Assembly (NCBI GenBank): GCA_003170325.1
Contig: PMZP01000031.1
Span: 1-30,632 of the forward strand
Length of the DNA: 30,632 bases
Direction of reading: 5' to 3'
From: Candidatus Tayloriibacteriota bacterium
GTDB taxonomy: Bacteria > Patescibacteriota > Minisyncoccia > Phycocordibacterales > PALSA-1337
Shown here: piece after piece, positions 16,509 through 24,311 of the stretch
How positions within the stretch are numbered: the stretch's first letter is position 1
Layout: each line of letters starts with the position of its first letter
The notes under the pieces: generated by a model
Databases searched by the model: none
What the model saw: only the letters and a program-made list of their open reading frames with translations
What the model was told of the DNA's origin: nothing
Program-made: the position numbers and the translations under genes

Positions 16509-16565
16509 AGGTGAAACCTAACGCGGTTGAGCCACCAAACCAAATGCCTAGGTGAAACCTCGGCA
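16509..16565. repeat. Two copies of quasi-palindrome AGGTGAAACCT; second is inside a larger hairpin
   Basis: AGGTGAAACCT at 16509-16519 and 16550-16560; TGCC-T-AGGT-GAA-ACCT-C-GGCA at 16545-16565 abuts the rnhA stop. Confidence 0.75.
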
Positions 16566-17294
16566 TCACAACGCCTCGAATTCAGCGATTATCCCCTGTT
16601 CATCCACAGCGCTTATGGCTTTTTTAAACTTCGCACCTCTGACACCTTTTACCCGTTTCTCGCATTCTGCCCAGGAATGATGCGTCTCGATCACTCCATT
16701 CAAGGAACTGACGTATGAAAAAGCCTTGGCGCGCGAATGAGCAGAATCCGATTTCTTCGCTGACGCCTTGGTTGCATCAATCGAAACCTCGAGGATATCT
16801 TGCAGATCGTATTCGGACAGGAGACCATTATACAATTTGACTTGTCGCCCATCGGCAAAGGCCGTGGCTATATGATCGCACCTCTCATTGCCGAGAATCC
16901 CAACATGGCCTCCGACATATTCCCACTTCACCTTTCTCGTTTCAACCTCGTCCGCTAGCCTCATCCAAAGGTCTTTATTGAGCACGTCCTCTTTGGTTTT
17001 GGTCTGCCAGCCGTTCCGCTTCCAACCATGGATCCATTTGGTGATGCCGTTGATCACGTATGACGAATCTGTATAGACCGTCGCCTCCGAATCTTTGGCC
17101 ACCCGTGCCAGTCCTTCAACCGCCGCTGTCAGTTCCATCCGATTATTCGTCGTCATCTTCTCCCCGCCACCGGATTCGACGACTCTTGCGTCTAAATTTT
17201 TAATCTTCAATTTTGAATCTTCAACTACGACAGCGCCCCATCCTCCCGGTCCGGGATTGCCTCGCGAAGAGCCGTCGGTGAAGATAGCTATCAT
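16566..17294 (-). CDS. rnhA: Ribonuclease HI with C-terminal hybrid-binding (viroplasmin-like) domain
   Basis: 242 aa; FTDGSSRGNPGPGGWG, TTNNRMEL, YTDSSYV, GHVGILGNERCD; C-terminal YVSS...HHSWAECEKRVKGVRGAKFKK. Confidence 0.95.
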   Translation of the reverse strand: MIAIFTDGSSRGNPGPGGWGAVVVEDSKLKIKNLDARVVESGGGEKMTTNNRMELTAAVEGLARVAKDSEATVYTDSSYVINGITKWIHGWKRNGWQTKTKEDVLNKDLWMRLADEVETRKVKWEYVGGHVGILGNERCDHIATAFADGRQVKLYNGLLSEYDLQDILEVSIDATKASAKKSDSAHSRAKAFSYVSSLNGVIETHHSWAECEKRVKGVRGAKFKKAISAVDEQGIIAEFEAL

Positions 17295-17345
17295 AGACCA
17301 TACATATTATCATGATTATGCTAAAATGCCGTAAGAGAAAGACGT

Positions 17346-17525
17346 ATGAAGATAAATGCCAAAGCCATAAACGAGGTGCGGAAAGCTCTCAACTCAATCG
17401 ATGTGGTGCGTGTTGTTTTCCGAGTTGAGACAAGCTCACGTCGTCGGTCGGGAATCCACGGAACTTCTTGGATTCTCATGAATCATCTTGCTCCTAATTG
17501 CCCTAAGCCTGTAGGAATCTACTAG
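17346..17525 (+). CDS. Small hypothetical protein (59 aa, below ORF-track cutoff)
   Basis: Translated by hand: MKINAKAINEVRKALNSIDVVRVVFRVETSSRRRSGIHGTSWILMNHLAPNCPKPVGIY; extended -10 TGcTAAAAT at 17319-17327; terminator downstream. Confidence 0.45.
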   Translation: MKINAKAINEVRKALNSIDVVRVVFRVETSSRRRSGIHGTSWILMNHLAPNCPKPVGIY

Positions 17526-17541
17526 CCTAAACGGACCGTCG

Positions 17542-17563
17542 GTCTCCATGCGGAGACTTTTTT
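17542..17563 (+). terminator. Intrinsic terminator (possibly bidirectional with recJ)
   Basis: GTCTCC-ATGC-GGAGAC followed by TTTTTT. Confidence 0.7.
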
Positions 17564-19358
17564 ACTTGCAAACCACCTCCACCACCCTCATCCGGAGTTC
17601 CGGCGTCCCCTTGAACATCGACTTCTCGAGCGAAGCGATAAGATCGATCTTCAAACCGGCCTTGACCTCTTTCGCCCATTGATTCTCTGCGCCAAAGAAG
17701 GAGATAGCTGAAATCTTCTCGCCATTTGGCCTCTTGAAGACCAGATCAAGATGCTCACTGCCTTTGCCGAAACGACGGATCGAAGTCGGCGCGACATTAT
17801 TAAATAAAAAAACGGGCTTGGGATTACCGACTCCGAAGGGCGCCAGCTTGGCGACGTCGTTATAGAGATTCCAATTGACGTCTTCGAGCTTCAATTCGGC
17901 GTCAACGAAGTCCGAACCGGAATCCACAATTTCAACATTTGTTGAATTATTATTTGAATTTTCGGATTTGTTTCGAATTTCGCTATTCGCATTTCGTATT
18001 TGATCCGCCGCCTCATTCAATCTTTGCTCCAGATAATGCACGGCATCTTCCGCCACGGCGAATCCGCCGGAATGTTTATGACCTCCGAATTGCGAGAATA
18101 CTCCGGTCGGGACGGCTCTCATAAGTTCGAAGACATGCGTCCGGCCTTCCGAACGACAGGATCCTTTGATGACGTTATCCCCGTCACGGCCCCAGAGAAA
18201 GACTGGGCGGTCGAATTCTTCGGCGCAAGAATTGGCGGCCAGACCGAGCAAAGATGGCCGCCAAGCCGGATTGCCGAGCACGATCACGCTAGGAATCGAG
18301 CTACTGTGTCGCTCATGCACCTTCTTCTTGACTTCCTTGACCAGTGCCGCCACTACGCCTTTCCGCTCATTGTTGATCGCATCCAAATGATTGGCATATG
18401 TATAGGCATCGGTATCATTATCAGCCGTGAGCAACTTGAAAGCATCCATAGGTACGCCCATGCGTGAAGCGGCATTGATCCGCGGCGTGATCATAAAGGC
18501 GATGTCGTCTTCGGTCAGGTGTCTCTGGACTATCTTCAATTTATGGAGAAGCTGCATCAGCCCTTTGCGTGGGCTTTTTCGTAGAACGGCCAATCCGTAA
18601 TATGCTAGCGCCCGATTTTCTCCGATGAGCGGCACCATGTCGGAGAGCGTGGCTAGGCCGACCATGTCCAGGAACCATTTCTCATGACCAGTCTTGAAGT
18701 TTTGCAGGCCTTCATATCCGGCTTCAATCTTCGCTTTCTTCAGAACTGCCTGGATCAGTTTGAAAGCCACTGCAGATCCGCAGAGATTTTTATCCGGATA
18801 TGCGCATCCGATCTGCTTGTGATCGACTATGGCGAAAGCTTCCGGCAATTCCGGCGGCGCTTCGTGGTGATCGGTGATGATGACTTCCAAGCCCAATTCA
18901 TTGGCGCGCATGACCGGCGCAACATCGGAGATACCGCAATCGACAGTTACCAAAAGCTTGACTCCTTCGCTCGCCAACTGCTCTACAGCTCCGATATTCA
19001 GGCCGAAACCCTCGTCATGACGATGTGGGATATATATGGAATAGTCCGTGAAGCCGATGCGTTTGAAAAAATCGTTCCAGATGACCGCGCCCGGAATGCC
19101 GTCAGCATCATAGTCGGCATAGATGGCTATCTTTTCCTTGGAAATGAGCGCCCGAATGATCCGTTCTGCCGCCTTTTCAGCGTCTTTCAAGAGGAATGGG
19201 TCGTGACTATTGGATTCATAATCTGGTGAAATGAAGTCGCGCGCATCGGAGGCGTCGACTATGCCGCGGTGAAAAAGCAAGTGCGCCATGAACAGCGAAA
19301 AACTACCGAGCTTCTCCTGCTCGTCAACAGAAAGCGGACGTCTGATCTGGTATGGCAT
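17562..19358 (-). CDS. recJ: Single-stranded-DNA-specific exonuclease RecJ
   Basis: 598 aa; YADYDADG, VTVDCG, ITDHH, LATLSDMVPL, PRINAASRM, GSCRS, GGHKHSGG, LAPFGVGNPKP. Confidence 0.97.
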   Translation of the reverse strand: MPYQIRRPLSVDEQEKLGSFSLFMAHLLFHRGIVDASDARDFISPDYESNSHDPFLLKDAEKAAERIIRALISKEKIAIYADYDADGIPGAVIWNDFFKRIGFTDYSIYIPHRHDEGFGLNIGAVEQLASEGVKLLVTVDCGISDVAPVMRANELGLEVIITDHHEAPPELPEAFAIVDHKQIGCAYPDKNLCGSAVAFKLIQAVLKKAKIEAGYEGLQNFKTGHEKWFLDMVGLATLSDMVPLIGENRALAYYGLAVLRKSPRKGLMQLLHKLKIVQRHLTEDDIAFMITPRINAASRMGVPMDAFKLLTADNDTDAYTYANHLDAINNERKGVVAALVKEVKKKVHERHSSSIPSVIVLGNPAWRPSLLGLAANSCAEEFDRPVFLWGRDGDNVIKGSCRSEGRTHVFELMRAVPTGVFSQFGGHKHSGGFAVAEDAVHYLEQRLNEAADQIRNANSEIRNKSENSNNNSTNVEIVDSGSDFVDAELKLEDVNWNLYNDVAKLAPFGVGNPKPVFLFNNVAPTSIRRFGKGSEHLDLVFKRPNGEKISAISFFGAENQWAKEVKAGLKIDLIASLEKSMFKGTPELRMRVVEVVCK

Positions 19359-19367
19359 AGCGAATAG

Positions 19368-19376
19368 AGTATATCA
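19368..19376 (-). promoter_or_regulatory. Extended -10 promoter of recJ
   Basis: Minus strand TGaTATACT, 9 nt before the ATG. Confidence 0.6.
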
Positions 19377-19433
19377 GATAGGTCTGACAAGCATATTGAC
19401 ATATAGAATGACAAAGGTAAGCTCTGCCTTAGA

Positions 19434-20003
19434 ATGAACATTAAAATTATTCTGACCGGAGGCGGAAGCGCTGTGGCAAATAGATTGATGACGCAGGCGA
19501 TCGCCAAGATACCACCTACGATCGATTGCATATTTCCGGCCATAGAAGCGTATATCGTGACTCCGGAAGAGCTGAATACCCGCCTCGTGAGAAACCTCTG
19601 CGGCGGCATCCACTTCATGCATGGTCCCAAGAAAAGTTGGTACCTGGCCGCCATGCCTAGGAAGATCGAGAGAAATGGTGACGCCTGCACGATCCTGCTG
19701 ACCGCATCTACTATACAGAGCCAAGAGGAGCATCCGTTCAGGAAAAACTTCCTGTCATCTTGCCTCCGTTGCGCTTGGGCACAACAACCGGTATCCGATG
19801 CTGTACAGCGTGCGGCAGACGCGGCAAAGATATTCAAGCAAAGGCCGGAAACGCTCCTGGTAGAGGAACTGCCGTCGTTCATATTAGCCAACGGCAACTG
19901 GATCAGAGGTAACGAACAAGAAATGCACAGATTCTATTCGTATCTGCTGACGGAGCTTGCTCTCACGCAAAGATCATCCGATATAGTCCAGACCGGACAA
20001 TAG
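19434..20003 (+). CDS. Hypothetical protein (orphan)
   Basis: 189 aa; TTGACA-16-TAAGCT (19396-19423) upstream; terminator downstream. No family recognised. Confidence 0.65.
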   Translation: MNIKIILTGGGSAVANRLMTQAIAKIPPTIDCIFPAIEAYIVTPEELNTRLVRNLCGGIHFMHGPKKSWYLAAMPRKIERNGDACTILLTASTIQSQEEHPFRKNFLSSCLRCAWAQQPVSDAVQRAADAAKIFKQRPETLLVEELPSFILANGNWIRGNEQEMHRFYSYLLTELALTQRSSDIVQTGQ

Positions 20004-20024
20004 CTCCCTGCCTCGGCTTCGTCG

Positions 20025-20048
20025 ACCCCGCCAACCCGGGGTTTTTTT
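20025..20048 (+). terminator. Intrinsic terminator
   Basis: ACCCCG-CCAACC-CGGGGT followed by a T tract. Confidence 0.75.
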
Positions 20049-20121
20049 ATTGACTCAATCATCAGTCATGTCATTGACATCGAACTGTAAAGGCGTAATG
20101 TTACGGCAGAAAGAAAAGCAT

Positions 20122-20838
20122 ATGAAAAATCAAACATGTTTTATGCAAGCCGTAAATGAATTCAAACAGGCCAAGACACGCGAGCAGCAGCGGAAAAGCC
20201 AGTTGGAACAGAGGGCTAATGCATCTCTATCCCTGAAGCAGAAATCGATGAAGAAAATGCTCGATTCTCTTCTGCCGAGAGCTGTTGCCAACATTCAAAA
20301 AATACTCTCGCAAGAAAAAGGTTTCGGCAACTACCTAGTCTGGCTATTTGAGAACCGTGCCAATAGTTTTGACGACAGCACGAGTTCCTGCGGATTCCAA
20401 CCACGCCCTTTGCAATTCAAAGTTTGCAACGACGCCTCGACTATCACCAACATGAAAGCAGAAGTCAAAGATATTATCGGCTCGAGGGAGGAATATGAGG
20501 TTCATGTTTCAGTTCTGGTCCTCTATCGGGAATACGAGTTGGAGCGAAATCGTAACTCCTTGCAAGCTCGTCTGGACGGTGGAAGTCCCCGAAATGGCCA
20601 AGTCCTGGCACTCACTGCGTTGCGCAGTCATCAATTTGGCAAACCCGAAATCTGCCAAATCAAAGACTTCCGGCTGGTCATGGTTTACGAAAGTGTCGAT
20701 CTCCGCCTTGACACAGCTCATTACTCGGCAACATCATTAGTCTCACTTGATCCGGGCTTCGCCGATACTCTGCGCAAGTTGTCATCGACGGCATCGACCT
20801 TCAAGTTCCTGCTTAACAGGTTTGGTCCTATGCCTTGA
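20122..20838 (+). CDS. Hypothetical protein (orphan), N-terminal helical/coiled-coil-like
   Basis: ORF track starts at 20050; ATG at 20122 preferred because TTGACA-16-TAATGT (20074-20101) lies inside the longer ORF. Confidence 0.7.
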   Translation: MKNQTCFMQAVNEFKQAKTREQQRKSQLEQRANASLSLKQKSMKKMLDSLLPRAVANIQKILSQEKGFGNYLVWLFENRANSFDDSTSSCGFQPRPLQFKVCNDASTITNMKAEVKDIIGSREEYEVHVSVLVLYREYELERNRNSLQARLDGGSPRNGQVLALTALRSHQFGKPEICQIKDFRLVMVYESVDLRLDTAHYSATSLVSLDPGFADTLRKLSSTASTFKFLLNRFGPMP

Positions 20839-20871
20839 AACTCATAGGCATTCGGGGACTTGTCAGCGGCA

Positions 20872-20897
20872 CCCGCCATTCATTTGGCGGGATTTTT
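20872..20897 (+). terminator. Intrinsic terminator
   Basis: CCCGCCA-TTCATT-TGGCGGG followed by ATTTTT. Confidence 0.75.
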
Positions 20898-20933
20898 GTT
20901 CCATATCGACCCGTAATGTATTACAATACACTC

Positions 20934-21299
20934 ATGAAAGACTGTATCTTCTGCAAGATCGTCAACAAGGAGATTCCCGCACATATCATCTATGAAGACG
21001 ACGACTTCATTGCATTCCTCGACATCCATCCGCACACGCCTGGCCACGTCCAAGTGATCCCAAAACAACATGTACGCTGGGTCTGGGACCTTCCCGATGT
21101 CGGCACTTATTTCGAAGTAGTTAGGAAAATTGCACTGGCCGAGAGAAAAGCTTTCAACACCGAGTGGATATTGAGCAAGATCGTCGGCGATGAGATACCC
21201 CACGCACATATTTGGGTATTCCCAAATTCAGAAGTGAAAGGCGATAAGAACGACTTCGAAGGCAACCGCCGTAAACTTATCGAAGCGCTGGGAAAATAG
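20934..21299 (+). CDS. HIT family protein
   Basis: [37 protein letters not shown] track starts at 20835; ATG at 20934 follows TACAAT by 6 nt. Confidence 0.92.
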   Translation: MKDCIFCKIVNKEIPAHIIYEDDDFIAFLDIHPHTPGHVQVIPKQHVRWVWDLPDVGTYFEVVRKIALAERKAFNTEWILSKIVGDEIPHAHIWVFPNSEVKGDKNDFEGNRRKLIEALGK

Positions 21300-21314
21300 T
21301 CGTCTGACTCTTCG

Positions 21315-21345
21315 AAATAAAAGCCGCTGTCTTCGCGACAGCGGC
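21315..21345 (-). terminator. Intrinsic terminator for the minus-strand orphan gene
   Basis: Perfect 9-bp stem GCCGCTGTC/GACAGCGGC followed on the minus strand by TTTTATTT. Confidence 0.8.
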
Positions 21346-21369
21346 AAACTAGATAGCGGCCAACATCGG

Positions 21370-22095
21370 TCAGCCGATAACAGTATTCATACTTTTTTCC
21401 CAGGCCCGAAGTCTCACTTCGCGAGAAGCTTCCTCAAAACCTGTCAAAGCTTCGATCATGAAGCTGATGTCCTCTGGCTCTCCTTCCAAATCAGCGATGA
21501 GCCGTGTAGGACCGACAGAGAAGACAGGCATCTTCAAAATACATCCATGCATCTTTACGCCACGGATAGAGACCGTCCGTTCGACTGTCTGATTACGATC
21601 CTCTTCCAAGCCGGCCTTGCTGATCTTCTTCAGGTCGTAGTTCCTTAGAAACATCCCAAATCCCTGGAGAATCGAAAAAGAGATTTCCTTGACGACATCG
21701 AGATGGAGCAATACAGCTCCACGCAGGATCTCGTCCAGTCCTCTACGAGGTCCTTTGCTCAAGTGGCAAGTGAAGTTCGTGGGACGTGACCGTACCAGAA
21801 CCTTCCGCGTGGCTTCTCTCACACGAGCAGTCTGCCCATTGAGCAAGGGGATGAAGTTCAGACCCGTTGACGCATGAAGGCTTTCTTCTTGGTCGATAAA
21901 AGGTGCGTGGATCCCAGTATCGTAATGCATGCCCAACATATACTCATCCCCAAAACCTCTGGTCGAACCCATTCTGACCAATGCCCACATGGGTAGTGTC
22001 TCATATTGGAGTTTTCCGTTCCTCCCACTGATCGGCGCATCGGCGTATGCAAATACAAAGAGACGCACTTCCGAGGTGTAATCACGTAATCTCAC
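21370..22095 (-). CDS. Hypothetical protein (orphan)
   Basis: 241 aa, GTG start; GAAAGGA 6 nt upstream; TTGACA-17-TAGTAT promoter. No family recognised. Confidence 0.7.
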   Translation of the reverse strand: MRLRDYTSEVRLFVFAYADAPISGRNGKLQYETLPMWALVRMGSTRGFGDEYMLGMHYDTGIHAPFIDQEESLHASTGLNFIPLLNGQTARVREATRKVLVRSRPTNFTCHLSKGPRRGLDEILRGAVLLHLDVVKEISFSILQGFGMFLRNYDLKKISKAGLEEDRNQTVERTVSIRGVKMHGCILKMPVFSVGPTRLIADLEGEPEDISFMIEALTGFEEASREVRLRAWEKSMNTVIG

Positions 22096-22130
22096 AATTA
22101 TTCCTTTCGTTAATGTTCTTGTTTATGCCC

Positions 22131-22159
22131 ATACTAGGTCGGCTGACAGTCAATGTCAA
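22131..22159 (-). promoter_or_regulatory. Near-consensus sigma70 promoter
   Basis: Minus strand TTGACA (22159-22154), 17 nt, TAGTAT (22136-22131). Confidence 0.75.
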
Positions 22160-22162
22160 ACT

Positions 22163-23311
22163 CTAATCACCCGACTCTTCCAACGCCTCTATCCCCGGCA
22201 AAGTCCCCTTGGCTAGGAAATCTAGCATGGCACCGCCGCCGGTGGAAACGAAAGTGAACTTGTCTTGATTCTGGAGCTCTTCGATAGCCGCCAAGGTGTC
22301 TCCCCCGCCAACAATCGAAACCACCCCACTCGTGCCTGCTGTCGCTTCGCCGATTATCTTCGCCAACTCCAATGTCGGCTGTTTGTAACCGCCCTCATAC
22401 ATGCCGAGCGGCCCGTTCCAAAGGATGAATTTCGCCGCGCTGATCTTTTCCTTGAGCATTTGAAGCGTCTTTGGTCCGTCATCCATTATCTTATCCGTCA
22501 ATGACAGCGAATCAGCCGCTTTTGAGACGCCTTCCTGATTGATGATATCGACAGGCAATAATAGTTTTGGACTTTTAATGAATGCCGACAAGTCGATCCC
22601 CGTCTTGGAGATGAGCGACTGTCCAATTTCAAAGCCTTTAGCCTTGAACAGGTCATTCGCCAGCGCTCCGCCGACAAATATCTGGTCGGCGATATCCAGG
22701 AATTTGGCCAGCAACGGCAATTTTGTCTCGAATTTGGCTCCGCCGAGAATGAAAAGGAATGGATGTGCGGGATTAAAAGCGCGCGAGAGGTTGGCCACTT
22801 CTTTTTCTAATTGGAATCCGACGTAGCTCGGCAATAATTTCGGTACGCCTACGATCGAGGCGTGCTCGCGATGGCAGACAGGAAACGCGTCATTTACGTA
22901 GATGTCTGCCAATGAAGCCAGCTCCTTGGCAAACTTCGGATCATTCTTTTTCTCGCCCTCGAAGAACCGCAGGTTTTCCATTAAAAAAACTCTCCTAGCT
23001 CCTAGCTCCAAGCTCCCAGCTTCGATGATCTCGTAAGCCTTCTTATAATCCTTGATGAACGTCACCGGCTGTCCCAGTTTCTTCAACTGATCGGCGATCG
23101 GCTGTAAGGTCAGATTTCCGCCGTCATTATCCTCCAAGTGGCTGACCAAAATGACCGTCGCCCCTTTCCCGCGCAAAAAATCGACTGTTGGCAGTGCCGC
23201 TCTGATCCGAAAATCATCAACCACAGCGCCGTTCTTCACCGGCACATTGAAATCAGCACGCAGAAGCACTTTGACGCCATCGAGATGCGGGATATCGCGG
23301 AGGGTTTTCAT
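22163..23311 (-). CDS. pgk: Phosphoglycerate kinase
   Basis: 382 aa; RADFNVP, ENLRF, YVNDAF, ILGGAKFETK, WNGPLG, GGGDT, STGGGA. Confidence 0.98.
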   Translation of the reverse strand: MKTLRDIPHLDGVKVLLRADFNVPVKNGAVVDDFRIRAALPTVDFLRGKGATVILVSHLEDNDGGNLTLQPIADQLKKLGQPVTFIKDYKKAYEIIEAGSLELGARRVFLMENLRFFEGEKKNDPKFAKELASLADIYVNDAFPVCHREHASIVGVPKLLPSYVGFQLEKEVANLSRAFNPAHPFLFILGGAKFETKLPLLAKFLDIADQIFVGGALANDLFKAKGFEIGQSLISKTGIDLSAFIKSPKLLLPVDIINQEGVSKAADSLSLTDKIMDDGPKTLQMLKEKISAAKFILWNGPLGMYEGGYKQPTLELAKIIGEATAGTSGVVSIVGGGDTLAAIEELQNQDKFTFVSTGGGAMLDFLAKGTLPGIEALEESGD

Positions 23312-23365
23312 TTATTAGTTGTTTTAAATGCTAATTTGCTCTCACGTCGCACCCATACCTCATAA

Positions 23366-24145
23366 TTAATACTTCACCTCATCCACCGCCTTCAAAAGCT
23401 CCACGAAGCCGACAGCATTCAAACTCTCGCGGCCGACTAGCAGGCCGTCGACTTGGCCGATCTTCATGATATCGGCGGCATTGTGGAAATTGACCGAGCC
23501 GCCATAGAGGACCTGGACTTTTTGGGCGGAATCATTGCCGAAGATATCGGAAAAGATCTTCTTTACGAATATAGCCATCTCGCAGATGTCTTCCGGCTTC
23601 ATAGACTCCTTGGCACCGATAGCCCAGACCGGCTCATAAGCCAGGATGACGTCCTGGCTACGCAACTTGGGAACATCAGCCAGAGACTTTCGCATCTGAT
23701 CCTTGACGAAGTCGAAATGCGCTCCGCTTTCATCGCGGTTCTTTTCGCCGACACAGAGGATCGCTTTCATTCCGGCTTCAAGGACTGCTATTACACGATT
23801 CGATACGGTCTCATCCGTATCACCGATATTTGCTCCTTCCCTTCTCGTCTCCGAATGACCGACGATCACGTATTCAACGCCGATATCACGGAGCACATTG
23901 GCACTAACTTCTCCCGTATGCGCCCCGCCGGTTTCGAAAGACGCCGATTGCGCGCCGAGGTGATAGTGCAGGTATTTCTTCCTCGAGGCGGCTGCCAGGA
24001 TGAAAGGAAAGGGTGGACAGACCACTGCGTCCGTATGCTCCAGCTTGGAAGCCGCCCGGCGCGTCTTTCGGGCGATGCGTTTGGCCTCATCCACTGTTCC
24101 CGGATTCATCTTCCAATTTCCCACTACGATTTTCTTGTTGCTCAT
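23366..24145 (-). CDS. tpiA: Triosephosphate isomerase
   Basis: GNWKMN, GHSE, AYEPVWAIG, LYGGSV, LLVG. ORF track starts at 24235; MSNKK at 24145 preferred. Confidence 0.98.
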   Translation of the reverse strand: MSNKKIVVGNWKMNPGTVDEAKRIARKTRRAASKLEHTDAVVCPPFPFILAAASRKKYLHYHLGAQSASFETGGAHTGEVSANVLRDIGVEYVIVGHSETRREGANIGDTDETVSNRVIAVLEAGMKAILCVGEKNRDESGAHFDFVKDQMRKSLADVPKLRSQDVILAYEPVWAIGAKESMKPEDICEMAIFVKKIFSDIFGNDSAQKVQVLYGGSVNFHNAADIMKIGQVDGLLVGRESLNAVGFVELLKAVDEVKY

Positions 24146-24311
24146 ATAAGCAGTATTGTACCGAAAATCCTGATAAAATGCGATTCGGCCGATTAATTCA
24201 AGCTCGGTGAACAATGTCTTCGAGCGATAACGCAACTATCAGTCGCTGTTGAGCGTTCTCTAATCGGCACTCCATTGCGTTAGAGCGAGAAAACATTGTT
24301 CACCGAGCTCA

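Noticed and set aside
14250-20872. Shared TTCGGGG(G)A shortly after the stops of two orphan genes (about 14259 and 20850)
   Set aside because: Too short, and present in only two of four cases; compatible with chance.
13932-22095. Orphan genes as integron cassettes or prophage remnants
   Set aside because: No integrase, no attC-like RYYYAAC...GTTRRRY pairing, no phage structural genes; the genes are scattered, in mixed orientation, with their own promoters.
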